Shown: positions 1 through 10,765, counted from the first letter of the stretch. The stretch is DNA of 64,000 nucleotides from Chitinophagales bacterium (GCA_038251675.1 JBBSBD010000003.1:1322-65321), one strand, 5' to 3'. The notes: generated by a model from the sequence alone, not told the origin. Numbers and translations: made by a program.

Positions 1-47
1 AGTTCGAGATCTGCTCCCCTGATTCTTTGTGTATTTGCTTTTAACAT
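1..47 (-). CDS. rpsE: 30S ribosomal protein S5, N-terminal fragment (runs off window)
   Basis: Hand translation from ATG at 47 gives MLKANTQRIRGADLEL; position directly after rplR in canonical spc order. Confidence 0.85.
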   Translation of the reverse strand, partial: MLKANTQRIRGADLE

Positions 48-91
48 TATAACTATTTATAATTTTTTTATTGAAGATTTAGAGGCGATGC

Positions 92-445
92 TTAAAATAC
101 CAGTCCGCCTTCTCTCGCGCCTTCTGCCACAGCTTTCACACGGCCATGGTAGATGTAACCGCTCCTGTCAAATACCACATCTTTAATGCCGAGCTCAGTA
201 GATTTCTGTGCAATCGCAGCACCCACTAATTTACTTTTCTCAACCTTGTTTACTTTCTGAGCTGCTAAATCCTTTTGACGCGAAGAAGCGGAAGCTATAG
301 TAGTTCCGTTTTCATCATCAATCAATTGAACATAAATATCGTTGTTACTTCTAAAAACACTGAGCCTTGGTTTGGTTGCGCTTCCGCTTATTTTCTTGCG
401 AATACGGTATCTTATTTTTTGCCTGGCGATAACTTTTGAATTCAT
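92..445 (-). CDS. rplR: 50S ribosomal protein L18
   Basis: PRLSVFRSN and VFDRSGYIYHGRVKA motifs; synteny. Confidence 0.98.
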   Translation of the reverse strand: MNSKVIARQKIRYRIRKKISGSATKPRLSVFRSNNDIYVQLIDDENGTTIASASSRQKDLAAQKVNKVEKSKLVGAAIAQKSTELGIKDVVFDRSGYIYHGRVKAVAEGAREGGLVF

Positions 446-520
446 TATATTTTTATTTTTACCCCGATTCTGCCGGAGTTTTTTTAATCAAATCGTTCGA
501 CTTTGATAATTATTTTAATC

Positions 521-1075
521 TTACTTACCTGCGGATTTACCAGCTTTTCTGCGCAACACTTCGCCAACAAATTTCACGCCCTTTCCTTTGTAAGGCTCGG
601 GCTTGCGAAGACTACGAATTTTTGCCGCTACAGCTCCCAGCAATTGCTTATCTATACTTTCCAAAGTAATAATAGGGTTTTTACCTTTCTCCTGGCCTGT
701 GGAAACTTTTAATTCTTTAGGTATTTCAACAATAATATTGTGAGAATAGCCTAATGAAAGATCAAGAAGGTTTCCCTGGTTGGAAGCTTTGTAACCTACA
801 CCCACAAGTTCAAGTTGCTTGGTATAGCCAGTTGTTACTCCCTGTACCATATTGTTTACAAGTGAACGATACAAACCGTGCATGGCTCTATGCCTTATCT
901 GATCCGTAGGACGTTTGAACTCAATTTTATCATCCTTCACTTCCACTTTAATGTCGCGGTCGATAGCCTGCTTTAGCTCACCCTTAGGGCCTTTAACTGT
1001 TATTACATTATCATTCCCCACAATAACATTCACACCATTTGTAATTATAACAGGATTCTTTCCAATTCTAGACAT
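521..1075 (-). CDS. rplF: 50S ribosomal protein L6
   Basis: MSRIGK start, PEPYKGKG motif; synteny. Confidence 0.98.
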   Translation of the reverse strand: MSRIGKNPVIITNGVNVIVGNDNVITVKGPKGELKQAIDRDIKVEVKDDKIEFKRPTDQIRHRAMHGLYRSLVNNMVQGVTTGYTKQLELVGVGYKASNQGNLLDLSLGYSHNIIVEIPKELKVSTGQEKGKNPIITLESIDKQLLGAVAAKIRSLRKPEPYKGKGVKFVGEVLRRKAGKSAGK

Positions 1076-1152
1076 AGCCGGTTTAAATTTTATAGTAATA
1101 TTTGGTTGTGTTCAGCCACGACTAAGGCTTAATTATCTCACCAAAAAATAAA

Positions 1153-1551
1153 TTAATAAATGTTACACAATACTTCACCACCCACTTTTTGTGCCTTGGC
1201 TTCTTTATCGGTCATTACACCTTTTGAAGTAGATACAATTGCTATTCCTAAACCATTTTTAACTCTTTTGAATTCATCAGGTTTTGAGTAAGAACGTAAT
1301 CCCGGGCGACTTACCCTTTCCAGGCTTTGTATCGCAGGAAGTTTTGACTGGGGATCGTATTTCAAAGCAATCTTTATTAAGCCTTGTTTTGAATCGTCTT
1401 CAAATTTGTATTTCAAAATATATCCCTTATCGTACAAAATCTCCGTGATGCGTTTCTTCAAATTACTTGCAGGAATTTCCACAACCCTATGGCTTGCCAT
1501 CTGTGCGTTTCTAATTCTTGTTAAATAATCTGCTATAGGATCAGTAACCAT
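1153..1551 (-). CDS. rpsH: 30S ribosomal protein S8
   Basis: DPIADYLTRIRNA, STSKGVMTD, GGEVLC. Confidence 0.98.
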   Translation of the reverse strand: MVTDPIADYLTRIRNAQMASHRVVEIPASNLKKRITEILYDKGYILKYKFEDDSKQGLIKIALKYDPQSKLPAIQSLERVSRPGLRSYSKPDEFKRVKNGLGIAIVSTSKGVMTDKEAKAQKVGGEVLCNIY

Positions 1552-1614
1552 TGTATTTAAATTTGTCTTTTAATTTTTACTCTTATCATTTTCCTTCTTT
1601 AGGGGATAGGGGTT

Positions 1615-1884
1615 TTACCAGCTCGCTTTCTTTACGCCTGGAATTTTACCCTGCAATGCCATATCCCTAAAAATATTTCTTGAGAGGCCAAAATGCCTTA
1701 GATATCCTCTTGGGCGGCCTGTAAGCTGGCAGCGGTTTTTTAACCGAACCGGAGATGCATTCTTTGGAAGAAGATCAAGTCCGCGATAATCGCCGGCTTC
1801 TTTCAAAGCTTTTCTCTTTTCAGCATATTGCGCTACCATTTTTTCACGCTTTCTCTGTCTTGCTTTAACTGACTCTTTAGCCAT
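1615..1884 (-). CDS. rpsN: 30S ribosomal protein S14 (89-aa form lacking the zinc ribbon)
   Basis: [14 protein letters not shown]...IPGVKKASW; only one Cys. Confidence 0.98.
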   Translation of the reverse strand: MAKESVKARQRKREKMVAQYAEKRKALKEAGDYRGLDLLPKNASPVRLKNRCQLTGRPRGYLRHFGLSRNIFRDMALQGKIPGVKKASW

Positions 1885-1969
1885 AGTTTAGTATTTAGAT
1901 TTTAGTATCAGGTATCAAGAAAGCATTTTCACATCTTGCTACTTGCTACTTGTTTCTCACAACTTGTAC

Positions 1970-2536
1970 TTATTTTTTTACATTTTTAAAAGGCATTCCT
2001 AATTCCTTAAGTAATTCAAAAGCTTCTTCATTTGTAGATGCTGTTGTTACAAAAGTGATATCGAGCCCTGTTATTTTGTTTACTTTATCGATATCAATTT
2101 CAGGAAAAATAATTTGTTCAGTAACTCCCAAAGTATAATTGCCCCGGCCATCAAATGACTTATCACTAATTCCTTTGAAATCTCTTACACGCGGTAAAGA
2201 AACTGAAACCAACCGATCTAAAAATTCATACATATTCACGCCGCGTAAAGTAACTTTTGCGCCAATGGGCATATTCTTACGCAGCTTGAAATTTGATATG
2301 TCTTTTTTCGACATTGTTGCAACAGCCTTCTGTCCTGTAATTGTGGTCAATTCTTCAATGGAAACATCCACCAATTTCTTGTCCGCTACTGCACCATTTA
2401 CACCGCGATTGATGCAAACTTTTTCAAGCCTTGGGGCTTGCATTACCGTTTTGTAGGCAAATTTTTTCATTAACGCAGGTATAACTTCCTTTTTATACTT
2501 CACTGCAAGCCTCGGTGTATATTTATCAGTACTCAT
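1970..2536 (-). CDS. rplE: 50S ribosomal protein L5
   Basis: [27 protein letters not shown]. Confidence 0.98.
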   Translation of the reverse strand: MSTDKYTPRLAVKYKKEVIPALMKKFAYKTVMQAPRLEKVCINRGVNGAVADKKLVDVSIEELTTITGQKAVATMSKKDISNFKLRKNMPIGAKVTLRGVNMYEFLDRLVSVSLPRVRDFKGISDKSFDGRGNYTLGVTEQIIFPEIDIDKVNKITGLDITFVTTASTNEEAFELLKELGMPFKNVKK

Positions 2537-2883
2537 GATTTAATTACCTCCCCTGATTTTTTAGCAGTCCTCACTAATTTTCCATCCTCTCTTTTCCTGC
2601 TTATTTTTGAATGTGATGAAGATTTAGCATCCCAAAGCATAACATTAGATATAGCGATCGGTGCCTCTATTTTCAAAATACCACCTTTAGTATTCTGAGC
2701 GGATGGCTTTGTATGTTTGGTAACAATGTTCACACCTTCCACAAGTACACGGTTTTTTTCTGTTACCACTTCTAACACCTTTCGCGGTTTTTTAAGGTCT
2801 TTATCGTCACCCGTTATTACCACGACTGAATCGCCTTTTTTTATGTTAAACTTCGGTTTAAATCTTGTCTTCATTTTTGACAA
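2533..2883 (-). CDS. rplX: 50S ribosomal protein L24
   Basis: KOW motif [26 protein letters not shown]; true start may be the second ATG (MKTRFK). Confidence 0.96.
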   Translation of the reverse strand: MSKMKTRFKPKFNIKKGDSVVVITGDDKDLKKPRKVLEVVTEKNRVLVEGVNIVTKHTKPSAQNTKGGILKIEAPIAISNVMLWDAKSSSHSKISRKREDGKLVRTAKKSGEVIKS

Positions 2884-2928
2884 ATATTTTGTCTGTTTTT
2901 AAATTAATCACCCCATTTTTTGGGGGTG

Positions 2929-2936
2929 CAAAGATA
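2929..2936 (-). promoter_or_regulatory. Bacteroidota sigma-A -7 element (TATCTTTG), internal promoter before rplX
   Basis: Exact TAnnTTTG match followed by CACCCC, 3 nt after the rplN stop. Confidence 0.6.
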
Positions 2937-2939
2937 CAT

Positions 2940-3308
2940 TTATAATACTTCAGGGGCAAGAGAAATTATCTTCATATATCCTTTGTCTCTCAACTCCCGG
3001 GCAACTGGCCCAAAAATTCTTGTTCCTCTTGGTTCGTCAGATGCGTTCAAAAGAACGACCGCATTATCATCGAACCTGATATAAGATCCGTCTTTGCGAC
3101 GAAGCTTATTTTTAGTGCGCACAATAACCGCCGTGCTTACTGTTCCTTTTTTAATACCACCTGCAGGTATGGCATCCTTTACCGTAACTACTATCTTGTC
3201 GCCGACGTGTGCATAATCCTGGCCTGAGTTGCCAAGAACACGAATGCACAACACCTCTTTTGCCCCGCTGTTATCTGCTACATTTAACCTGCTTTCTTGC
3301 TGTATCAT
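2940..3308 (-). CDS. rplN: 50S ribosomal protein L14
   Basis: [34 protein letters not shown]. Confidence 0.99.
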   Translation of the reverse strand: MIQQESRLNVADNSGAKEVLCIRVLGNSGQDYAHVGDKIVVTVKDAIPAGGIKKGTVSTAVIVRTKNKLRRKDGSYIRFDDNAVVLLNASDEPRGTRIFGPVARELRDKGYMKIISLAPEVL

Positions 3309-3415
3309 TTTCGTTTAGTTTTTAAACCTGGTATTTATATCTGATCCTGATTTTAATCCGGGATCAGCTTTCAAAGTTCAAGTGCATCTAAGACACACAC
3401 TGAACCATTGAACAA

Positions 3416-3673
3416 TTATTTTACTTTTTCTACAACTTCAACCAATCTCCAGCGCTTCAATTTGCTCATAGGTCTTGTCTCCATAATTTTCACAACGTCG
3501 CCAATACTGCATTCATTTTTCTCGTCATGAGCATGAAAGCCGGTGGTTTTTTTCACAAACTTCCCATAAATAGGATGCTTTACTCTTCTTTCAACTTTCA
3601 CGGTAATCGTTTTATCCATCTTGTTGCTGGAAACTACACCGGTTCTTGTTTTTCTTAAATTTCTATCGAGCAT
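3416..3673 (-). CDS. rpsQ: 30S ribosomal protein S17
   Basis: [25 protein letters not shown]. Confidence 0.98.
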   Translation of the reverse strand: MLDRNLRKTRTGVVSSNKMDKTITVKVERRVKHPIYGKFVKKTTGFHAHDEKNECSIGDVVKIMETRPMSKLKRWRLVEVVEKVK

Positions 3674-3684
3674 TATAATAATAT

Positions 3685-3900
3685 TTAGGATTTAGCACCT
3701 AATTGTTTCTTTCTTAATTCAGTCTTTAAGCGTGCAATATCTTTCTTTACACCACGAATGTTCATTGGGTTTTCGATTGGAGAAACCGCGTGGGCAAATT
3801 TTAATTTTTTAACCCTCAGTTCATCTTCTTCGATCTTGGATTTAAGATCTGCTTCACTCATCTCTTTTAGACTATTAACGAAATCGTTTCTGTTAGACAT
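3685..3900 (-). CDS. rpmC: 50S ribosomal protein L29
   Basis: [18 protein letters not shown]; synteny between rplP and rpsQ. Confidence 0.96.
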   Translation of the reverse strand: MSNRNDFVNSLKEMSEADLKSKIEEDELRVKKLKFAHAVSPIENPMNIRGVKKDIARLKTELRKKQLGAKS

Positions 3901-3926
3901 TGTTTTTAATTTAATTAGTTAACTGG

Positions 3927-4349
3927 CTAATTAGCATCATAATCTCTTCTCACTACAAATTTTGTAGCAATAGGTAATTTTTGTGCTGCAAGTTCAAACG
4001 CCTCTTTTGCAACTTGAAGCGATACGCCATCAGCTTCAAACAGAATTCTTCCGGGCTGTACAACTGCTGCCCAATATTCAGGGTTACCCTTACCTTTACC
4101 CATCCTCACTTCAGCAGGTTTTTTGGTAATGGGCTTATCAGGAAAAATTCTGATCCACACATTTCCTTCACGCTTCATGTGACGCGTCATCGCTTGCCTG
4201 GCTGATTCTATTTGCCTGTTAGTTAACCATACCTCTTCAAGAGCTTTCAACCCAAATGTTCCAAAGGAAATGGTAGCACCGCGTTTAGTATCACCCTTCA
4301 TACGGCCTTTCTGCATCTTTCTGTGCTTCGATCTTTTTGGCTGTAACAT
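3927..4349 (-). CDS. rplP: 50S ribosomal protein L16
   Basis: [22 protein letters not shown]. Confidence 0.99.
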   Translation of the reverse strand: MLQPKRSKHRKMQKGRMKGDTKRGATISFGTFGLKALEEVWLTNRQIESARQAMTRHMKREGNVWIRIFPDKPITKKPAEVRMGKGKGNPEYWAAVVQPGRILFEADGVSLQVAKEAFELAAQKLPIATKFVVRRDYDAN

Positions 4350-4417
4350 TTTTTACTTTATTTGAAAATTATCGTGTTGCAATTTCTATTTCTATTGCAA
4401 TAAAAAATAAATTAGAA

Positions 4418-5236
4418 TTATCTTCTTCCGCCACCACCTCTACCGGCACCGCCTCCACCTCTCCTTTCTCCACCGCCGCCACCGCGTCTATCTCCCCTGT
4501 CACCTCCACCACGTCTATCTCCAAAACCACCTCTTCTATCACCTTGCTGCATATCTCCGTCAGTCTTTCCACCACCTGCAATTATGTTCGGGTTTAAATC
4601 TCTTTTAGCAAGAACTTCACCCTTACATATCCAAACTTTCACCCCGATTTTACCATATACAGTTTGGGCAAATACGTTTGCATAGTCTATATCCATACGT
4701 AATGTGTGCAAAGGAGTGCGGCCTTGTTTGATTTCTTCGCTACGTGCTATTTCAGCTCCACCAAGCCTGCCACCTACTCTTACTTTTATCCCTTCAGCGC
4801 CCATTCTCAATGCTGAAGCAATAGACATTTTAATAGCTCTTTTATAGTTGATACGATTCTCAATCTGCCTGGCAATTGTATCTGCTACAATATTTGCATC
4901 AAGCTCAGGGCGGCGTATTTCAAGAATATTTATCTGTACATCATCTTTTCCTGTAAGTTTCTTTAGCTCCTCTTTGATGCGATCTACTTCTCCACCGCCT
5001 TTACCAATTATGATACCGGGCTTTGAGGTATGGATAGTAATGATCAGTTTATTCAATGTACGCTCGATTACGATCTTCGCAATTCCACCTTTATTGATAC
5101 GGGCATTAAGATAAGTCCTGATCTTATCATCCTCAACCAGCTTCTTTGCATAATCTTTTGGATGTGCAAACCAGTTACTTTCCCATCCACGGATGATTCC
5201 TAACCTGGCACCAATCGGATTTGTTTTTTGACCCAT
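4418..5236 (-). CDS. rpsC: 30S ribosomal protein S3 with RGG-rich C-terminal tail
   Basis: [18 protein letters not shown] motif, [16 protein letters not shown]. Confidence 0.99.
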   Translation of the reverse strand: MGQKTNPIGARLGIIRGWESNWFAHPKDYAKKLVEDDKIRTYLNARINKGGIAKIVIERTLNKLIITIHTSKPGIIIGKGGGEVDRIKEELKKLTGKDDVQINILEIRRPELDANIVADTIARQIENRINYKRAIKMSIASALRMGAEGIKVRVGGRLGGAEIARSEEIKQGRTPLHTLRMDIDYANVFAQTVYGKIGVKVWICKGEVLAKRDLNPNIIAGGGKTDGDMQQGDRRGGFGDRRGGGDRGDRRGGGGGERRGGGGAGRGGGGRR

Positions 5237-5245
5237 ATTCGGTTT

Positions 5246-5800
5246 TTATTTTTTTGTGTTTTTTGTTGCTGATTTATTTTCCGTTATTTCTTCAGCAAGT
5301 TTTGCTTTCCTGGTAGCCGCTTTTTTTGGAGCAGCTTCTTTTTTTGCTGTTGCTTTTTTAGTTGCCGGCTTTTTTGTTTCTGCAACTTTCTTCTCTTCTG
5401 TTATAGGAGCCACCTCTTCTTTAGCTACTACTTTCTTTACAGAAGGAATAGACCTGGCATTGTTACTATCTACAATAATGGTAACATGATTGCTTCGCTT
5501 GCGAACACGATACCCGCGTCCTTGCGGGGCAGGACGCATACGTTTAATAACTCTTCCACAATCCACCATGATGGTTTTTACAACAAGACCCGCGTCCTCT
5601 ACTTTCTCATCACTATTCTTTTGTTCCCAGTTGTTAATAGCACTCTTTAGTAATTTATACATCGGTACCGCAGGATGCTTTGGATTGAATTGCAAAATTC
5701 CCAATGCCTTTTCAACTTCAAGACCACGAATAAGATCTGCCAGTAAACGCATTTTACGGGGAGATGTGGGATAGTTATTAAGTTTAGCTACTGCTTCCAT
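5246..5800 (-). CDS. rplV: 50S ribosomal protein L22 with long Lys/Ala-rich C-terminal extension
   Basis: [30 protein letters not shown]; synteny. Confidence 0.97.
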   Translation of the reverse strand: MEAVAKLNNYPTSPRKMRLLADLIRGLEVEKALGILQFNPKHPAVPMYKLLKSAINNWEQKNSDEKVEDAGLVVKTIMVDCGRVIKRMRPAPQGRGYRVRKRSNHVTIIVDSNNARSIPSVKKVVAKEEVAPITEEKKVAETKKPATKKATAKKEAAPKKAATRKAKLAEEITENKSATKNTKK

Positions 5801-5845
5801 TTTTTTATTTCTTTATTCTAAATACTTCTGAATTGTATTTAAAAA

Positions 5846-6118
5846 TTATGCGATCTTTTTACTTGAGTGTCCTTTAAAATTTCTTGTTGGTGCAAATTCT
5901 CCAAGTTTATGCCCAACCATAAATTCCGTTACATACACCGGAATAAATTTATTCCCGTTATGAACTGCAAACGTATGTCCTACAAAATCGGGCGTAATGG
6001 TTGAACGACGCGACCACGTTTTAATAACACCTTTCTTAGTTGTTCCTTCATTGATGCCGAGCACTTTATTCTCAAGCTTAGCTTCTACGTAAGGACCTTT
6101 TTTAATTGAACGAGCCAT
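5846..6118 (-). CDS. rpsS: 30S ribosomal protein S19
   Basis: [26 protein letters not shown]. Confidence 0.99.
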   Translation of the reverse strand: MARSIKKGPYVEAKLENKVLGINEGTTKKGVIKTWSRRSTITPDFVGHTFAVHNGNKFIPVYVTEFMVGHKLGEFAPTRNFKGHSSKKIA

Positions 6119-6164
6119 TTGTTATGTACGATTTAGATTGTACGATGTACGATTAAAAACCCTT

Positions 6165-7007
6165 TTATTTATTAGGTAATTTCTTACCATTTCTTCTTTG
6201 AATAATCATTTTATCTGACCCTTTACCACGTGTGCGGGTAACCTGGCCTTTTGCATACTTACCGGTTCTGCTTCTCGGGTGCCCGCCAGATGCTTTTCCT
6301 TCACCACCCCCCATCGGATGATCCACTGGATTCATTGCAACACCTCTTGTTCTGGGGCGAATACCTCTCCACCTGTTCCTTCCAGCTTTACCCATGCTCT
6401 GCAGATTGTGATCGCTGTTGCTAACAACACCCACAGTAGCGTAACAATTAATTAAGATTTTTCTTAACTCGCCACTTGGCATTTTTAAAACACCGTACTT
6501 CTCTTCCTTGTTAGCAAGTTGTGCGGATGATCCGGCACTCCTCGCAAGCTTTCCACCTTGGCCGGGTTGCATTTCAATATTGTGAACAACCGTACCTAAA
6601 GGAATATTTTTGAGCATTAAGGCATTTCCTAACTCGGGTGCCACAGCATCGCCACTTAATATAGTAGCCCCAACCTGCAAACCTTGCGGAGCAATAATGT
6701 ATTTTTTTACGCCGTCAGTGTATACGATCAGCGCTATAAAGGCACTTCTGTTTGGATCGTATTCTATACTTTTAACAGTAGCCGGAATATCTTTTTTATC
6801 TCTTTTAAAATCAATAATACGATACATTCTCTTGTGGCCTCCACCGAGATAGCGCATGCTTCTGCGTCCCTGTGAATTGCGGCCTGCGGTATGATGTACT
6901 TTTTCTACCAGGCTTTTCTCAGGAACATTTGTCGTAATCTCAGCATAGGCATTACCTATTCTCCAGCGGGTTCCTGCGGTTGTTGGTTTGTATTTTCTTA
7001 AAGCCAT
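6165..7007 (-). CDS. rplB: 50S ribosomal protein L2
   Basis: [30 protein letters not shown]. Confidence 0.99.
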   Translation of the reverse strand: MALRKYKPTTAGTRWRIGNAYAEITTNVPEKSLVEKVHHTAGRNSQGRRSMRYLGGGHKRMYRIIDFKRDKKDIPATVKSIEYDPNRSAFIALIVYTDGVKKYIIAPQGLQVGATILSGDAVAPELGNALMLKNIPLGTVVHNIEMQPGQGGKLARSAGSSAQLANKEEKYGVLKMPSGELRKILINCYATVGVVSNSDHNLQSMGKAGRNRWRGIRPRTRGVAMNPVDHPMGGGEGKASGGHPRSRTGKYAKGQVTRTRGKGSDKMIIQRRNGKKLPNK

Positions 7008-7062
7008 GACGATTTTTATTTAAATTCCGTTTAAGAAGAATTCTTAATTTAATTTTTATCTT

Positions 7063-7362
7063 TTATACATTACCATATAAGTCAATGGTCTCTCCTTCTG
7101 CCACTGTTACGACTGCCTTTTTCTTAGCTGGTTTTCTACCTGTAAGCAAGCCTGCCTTGGTATTGCGCTGCTTTACTTTAGATGGCATTGTCAAAGTATT
7201 TACCTCCTGCACCTGGATGCCATAAAATTCTTCAACAGCCTTCTTTATCTCCAGTTTGTTCGCCTTCCTGTTCACAATAAAAGTATACCTGTTATACTTT
7301 TCAGTTAACCTGTTAACTTTCTCCGACAATACCGGCTTTATTAAAACTTCAGACAGCTTCAT
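7063..7362 (-). CDS. rplW: 50S ribosomal protein L23
   Basis: PVLSEK, ANKLEIKKAVE, KKAVVT. Confidence 0.97.
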   Translation of the reverse strand: MKLSEVLIKPVLSEKVNRLTEKYNRYTFIVNRKANKLEIKKAVEEFYGIQVQEVNTLTMPSKVKQRNTKAGLLTGRKPAKKKAVVTVAEGETIDLYGNV

Positions 7363-7404
7363 GTCTTTTTAATTTTTGTTTGTTTCTCTTTTTGTTTACA
7401 ATTA

Positions 7405-8046
7405 TTATACTTCAGCTACCTCTTCATTTTCCTCCACAAATATTTTAGCCGCACTTTCGGTAAAAACTACCGCGTCAGAATTAATGATATCATATGTATT
7501 AATATCACTTAATAAAGTGCCGCATATAGATGGTACATTACGAAAGCTTTTGTAAAGATTTTCGTTATGCTCAGGTATTATGAAAAGTGCTTTCCTGCTT
7601 TCTGTATTGAGACTTCTAAATATTTGTGTAAATTCTTTTGTAGAAGGAGTTTCTATTGAAAAATCTTCAACTATAAAGATTTTGTTTTCTTTCGCTTTAC
7701 TGCTTAATGCACCAATTTTAGCCAGATCTTTTACTTTACGATTTAACTTAAAATCATAGCTATGAGGTTTAGGTCCGAAAACAGTACCGCCACCTTTATA
7801 TAGCGGATTACGGATATTTCCTTTTCGGCTTCCACCTGTACCTTTTTGCTTATGAAGTTTTTTAGATGACCCTTCAACTTCTGCGCGGGTTTTCACCTTA
7901 TGCGTACCTTGCCTGCGAGCAGCGAGGTATTGTTTTACCGCAAGCCAGATCACGTGGCTATTAGGCTCTGCACCAAATATATCATCGGGCAGTTCTATCA
8001 TTCTGCCAGTTTTTTTTCCTTCTTTATTTATTACTTCTAACTGCAT
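7405..8046 (-). CDS. rplD: 50S ribosomal protein L4
   Basis: RQGTHKVKTRAEV, QKGTG, GGGTVFGPKP. Confidence 0.98.
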   Translation of the reverse strand: MQLEVINKEGKKTGRMIELPDDIFGAEPNSHVIWLAVKQYLAARRQGTHKVKTRAEVEGSSKKLHKQKGTGGSRKGNIRNPLYKGGGTVFGPKPHSYDFKLNRKVKDLAKIGALSSKAKENKIFIVEDFSIETPSTKEFTQIFRSLNTESRKALFIIPEHNENLYKSFRNVPSICGTLLSDINTYDIINSDAVVFTESAAKIFVEENEEVAEV

Positions 8047-8047
8047 A

Positions 8048-8665
8048 TTATTTCTGGATTAAAACGATGGAACCATTGTGGCCGGGAACCGAACCACTTA
8101 TTAATAGATAATTTTTTTCGGGGAAAATCTTTACGATCTTAAGGCCTTTCAATTGCACTTTATCATTGCCCATACGACCTGCCATCCTCATTCCTTTAAA
8201 CACTCTTGCAGGATAAGATGAACCACCTATTGATCCCGGTGCCCTTGACCTATCGTGTTGACCGTGTGATTGCTCACCTACACCATGGAAGCCGTGCCGC
8301 TTAACAACACCCTGAAAGCCTTTACCTTTCGTAGTGCCGATAACAGTCACTTTATCGCCTTCATTAAATATGTCAACACTAATGGTGTCGCCCATATTTT
8401 TATCTGTTTCGCTATCGCGTATTTCTTTTACGAATTTCTTTGCCGATGTATTTGCTTTGGCAAAATGGTTTTTTTCTGAGAGTAGGGTGTGCTTTTCTTT
8501 TTTATCACCAAAAGCAATCTGGATTGCATTGTATCCATCAGTATCCACAGTCTTTTTCTGTGTTACAACGCATGGGCCCGCTTCAATAATGGTCACAGCA
8601 GTCTGCTTGCCATTACTATCGAAAATGCTGGTCATGCCAACTTTCTTTCCAATAATACTTTTCAT
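8048..8665 (-). CDS. rplC: 50S ribosomal protein L3
   Basis: GKKVGMT, KGKGFQGVVKRH, RAPGSIG, GSVPG. Confidence 0.99.
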   Translation of the reverse strand: MKSIIGKKVGMTSIFDSNGKQTAVTIIEAGPCVVTQKKTVDTDGYNAIQIAFGDKKEKHTLLSEKNHFAKANTSAKKFVKEIRDSETDKNMGDTISVDIFNEGDKVTVIGTTKGKGFQGVVKRHGFHGVGEQSHGQHDRSRAPGSIGGSSYPARVFKGMRMAGRMGNDKVQLKGLKIVKIFPEKNYLLISGSVPGHNGSIVLIQK

Positions 8666-8797
8666 TTCTACTTTTTATACCCAGCGCTCCTCTTTGATAC
8701 TTCGGTAAACTCAGTACTCAGAGTAGATGGGTGTTACAATTTTATATAAGAACTATGCTTGTTACCTTTTCCTCTCGGAATCAGGCAGGGCTTACTT

Positions 8798-9103
8798 TTA
8801 TGCTTTTATCTCAACATCCACACCGGAGGGCAAGTCAAGCTTTGACAATGCATCAACGGTTCTTGAACTGCTAGTATATATATCCAGCAAACGTTTATGT
8901 GTACACAACTGAAACTGCTCACGGGCTTTTTTATTCACGTGAGGTGAGCGCAAAACAGTAAATATTTTTTTGTGGGTAGGTAAAGGAATGGGTCCTGTAA
9001 CTACTGCGCCTGTACTGCGTACTGTCTTAACAATCTTCTCTGCAGATTTGTCAACAAGATTGTGATCGTAAGACTGAAGTTTAATCCTGATTCTTTGAGA
9101 CAT
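8798..9103 (-). CDS. rpsJ: 30S ribosomal protein S10
   Basis: [28 protein letters not shown]. Confidence 0.99.
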   Translation of the reverse strand: MSQRIRIKLQSYDHNLVDKSAEKIVKTVRSTGAVVTGPIPLPTHKKIFTVLRSPHVNKKAREQFQLCTHKRLLDIYTSSSRTVDALSKLDLPSGVDVEIKA

Positions 9104-9141
9104 ATTTAAAGAACTTTTTAACCAAATTTATTTTGGGAGTG

Positions 9142-9172
9142 CGAAGGTAAGGGTATAGATTTAAATAGCAAT
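9142..9172 (-). promoter_or_regulatory. Putative sigma-A promoter of the S10 operon (-33 TTG, -7 TACCTTCG)
   Basis: TACCTTCG at 9142-9149 (the same octamer precedes rplY) with TTG 19 nt upstream. Confidence 0.6.
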
Positions 9173-9236
9173 AAATAAATTAGAAATTTTATAAAAAAAC
9201 TGCTAAGTATAAACCGTAAATTTATTCCGCTTATGC

Positions 9237-9251
9237 TGGCATAGAATTTTC
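9237..9251 (+). promoter_or_regulatory. Possible sigma-54-like -24/-12 element (TGGCATAGAATTTTC)
   Basis: TGGCA-N6-TTTC ending 23 nt before the ATG; a similar element precedes dps. Confidence 0.35.
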
Positions 9252-9274
9252 ACTTCTTAGAAAAACTTAATGTT

Positions 9275-9784
9275 ATGCAAAATGATAATTCAAAAAAGAA
9301 TTCCAGTATTGATTTACCAGATTCAGAAAAAGATAAAAAAGAATTAGCAGTTGAAAGCTTCACTATGAATCTACCTGACGTTTCTGATATTCCCGGGCAA
9401 GAAAATATAAACCCGTCACCATTGGGTGAAATGGCCGATGACACTATTTCGTCGGCTGATGAGGAAGGCGATTCAATATTCAATGACGATTTAGATGAGG
9501 ACATTGAGGAAAGTGCAGATTCCAATGTTACCAGGGAAGAAGTAGATGACTTGCGCATAAGTGCCAATGATATGCCAACGGAGGATGATGAAAACCTTCG
9601 AAGGGCAGCGCTCGACAATACGGACAATGATGGCAGCCCATTAAACGAGAGCAGTTTTAAAAACAATGTAACAGGCACAGGCCTTGATGTGCCCGGCGCA
9701 GAAAACGATGACGAAGATGAAGAAATTGGCGAAGAAGATGAAGAGAATAATGAGTATAGCCTCGGAGGCGATGATCACGATTAA
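9275..9784 (+). CDS. Highly acidic, probably disordered hypothetical protein (stress-type)
   Basis: 169-aa D/E-rich ORF with LDVPGAE...EEDEENNEYSLG tail; followed by a terminator. Confidence 0.8.
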   Translation: MQNDNSKKNSSIDLPDSEKDKKELAVESFTMNLPDVSDIPGQENINPSPLGEMADDTISSADEEGDSIFNDDLDEDIEESADSNVTREEVDDLRISANDMPTEDDENLRRAALDNTDNDGSPLNESSFKNNVTGTGLDVPGAENDDEDEEIGEEDEENNEYSLGGDDHD

Positions 9785-9809
9785 TCTTATACCTAAAAGA
9801 TAATTTAGA

Positions 9810-9836
9810 TAAAGGCTTTCTCAACGGGAGCCTTTA
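9810..9836 (+). terminator. Intrinsic terminator hairpin
   Basis: TAAAGGCTTTC-tcaac-GGGAGCCTTTA inverted repeat. Confidence 0.65.
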
Positions 9837-9938
9837 TTCATTATAGCTTTTCATTTTTCCCTTTATTACACGGACGTATAAATTTCTCTTGTTTTGAAAT
9901 AAAAGTTACAAAATATAATTTTTATGTAAATTGTTTTT

Positions 9939-10727
9939 ATGCAATTACCAGATTTTTCAAAACCTCTATGGTTTGTGCTTGTGACTATGATTTTTTTTAT
10001 GATCATCACTGGACGGTATTTCCTGGTAGCGGGGCTTTTTTACCTTGTATTTTATATATGGTTTCCACAAAAATGGGTTGCAAGAAAAATTAATTTGAAA
10101 GGATACAAAAAAAACCAGTTCAAAATCGAGGTTACTTGGAGCATGGTGACTTCATTGATCTTCTCGATTGCCGGCACCATCACTATGATTATTTGGCAAA
10201 AGGGATATACAAAAATCTATATGAATGTAAACGAATATGGATGGTGGTATTTACCCGTAAGCTTAATCATTATTATGATCATGCACGAAACCTATTATTA
10301 TTGGCTGCACAGATGGATGCATATTCCGTCGGTGTTTAAAATAGTACATAAAGTTCATCACAACAGCAATATTACTTCCCCGTTTACAGCATTTTCCTTT
10401 CATCCGTGGGAAGGAATTCTTCAGGCAATTTTTTTACCCATAGTGCTGATGATTTTACCCATACATTATTATGTGATAATTGTTCAATTAACTATAATGA
10501 CGGTAAGCAGTGTTATTAATCATCTGGATATTGAAATTTATCCCGGATCATTTTACAAAAACATTTTTGCAAAATGGTTTATCGGTGCTTCACACCATTC
10601 ATTGCATCATAAGCAATTCAAATATAATTATGGATTGTATTTCACTCTTTGGGATAAAATAAAAAAGACGGAGAGCCCGCTTTTTGAAGAACTATTTAAA
10701 TCTAAAACTTCAAAAGAGACTGTGTGA
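9939..10727 (+). CDS. Sterol desaturase / fatty acid hydroxylase family membrane protein
   Basis: His boxes HRWMH, HKVHH, HHSLHH, NYGLYF; hydrophobic segments. Confidence 0.9.
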   Translation: MQLPDFSKPLWFVLVTMIFFMIITGRYFLVAGLFYLVFYIWFPQKWVARKINLKGYKKNQFKIEVTWSMVTSLIFSIAGTITMIIWQKGYTKIYMNVNEYGWWYLPVSLIIIMIMHETYYYWLHRWMHIPSVFKIVHKVHHNSNITSPFTAFSFHPWEGILQAIFLPIVLMILPIHYYVIIVQLTIMTVSSVINHLDIEIYPGSFYKNIFAKWFIGASHHSLHHKQFKYNYGLYFTLWDKIKKTESPLFEELFKSKTSKETV

Positions 10728-10765
10728 TTCTAAAGGAGTTCAAATAAAAAAACAGGTGCAGACGA

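Noticed and set aside
436-8912. Many plus-strand ORFs of 60-124 aa across the ribosomal cluster, and the minus-strand 4369-4581 ORF
   Set aside because: Antisense or alternate-frame shadows of conserved r-protein genes, with no recognisable motifs.
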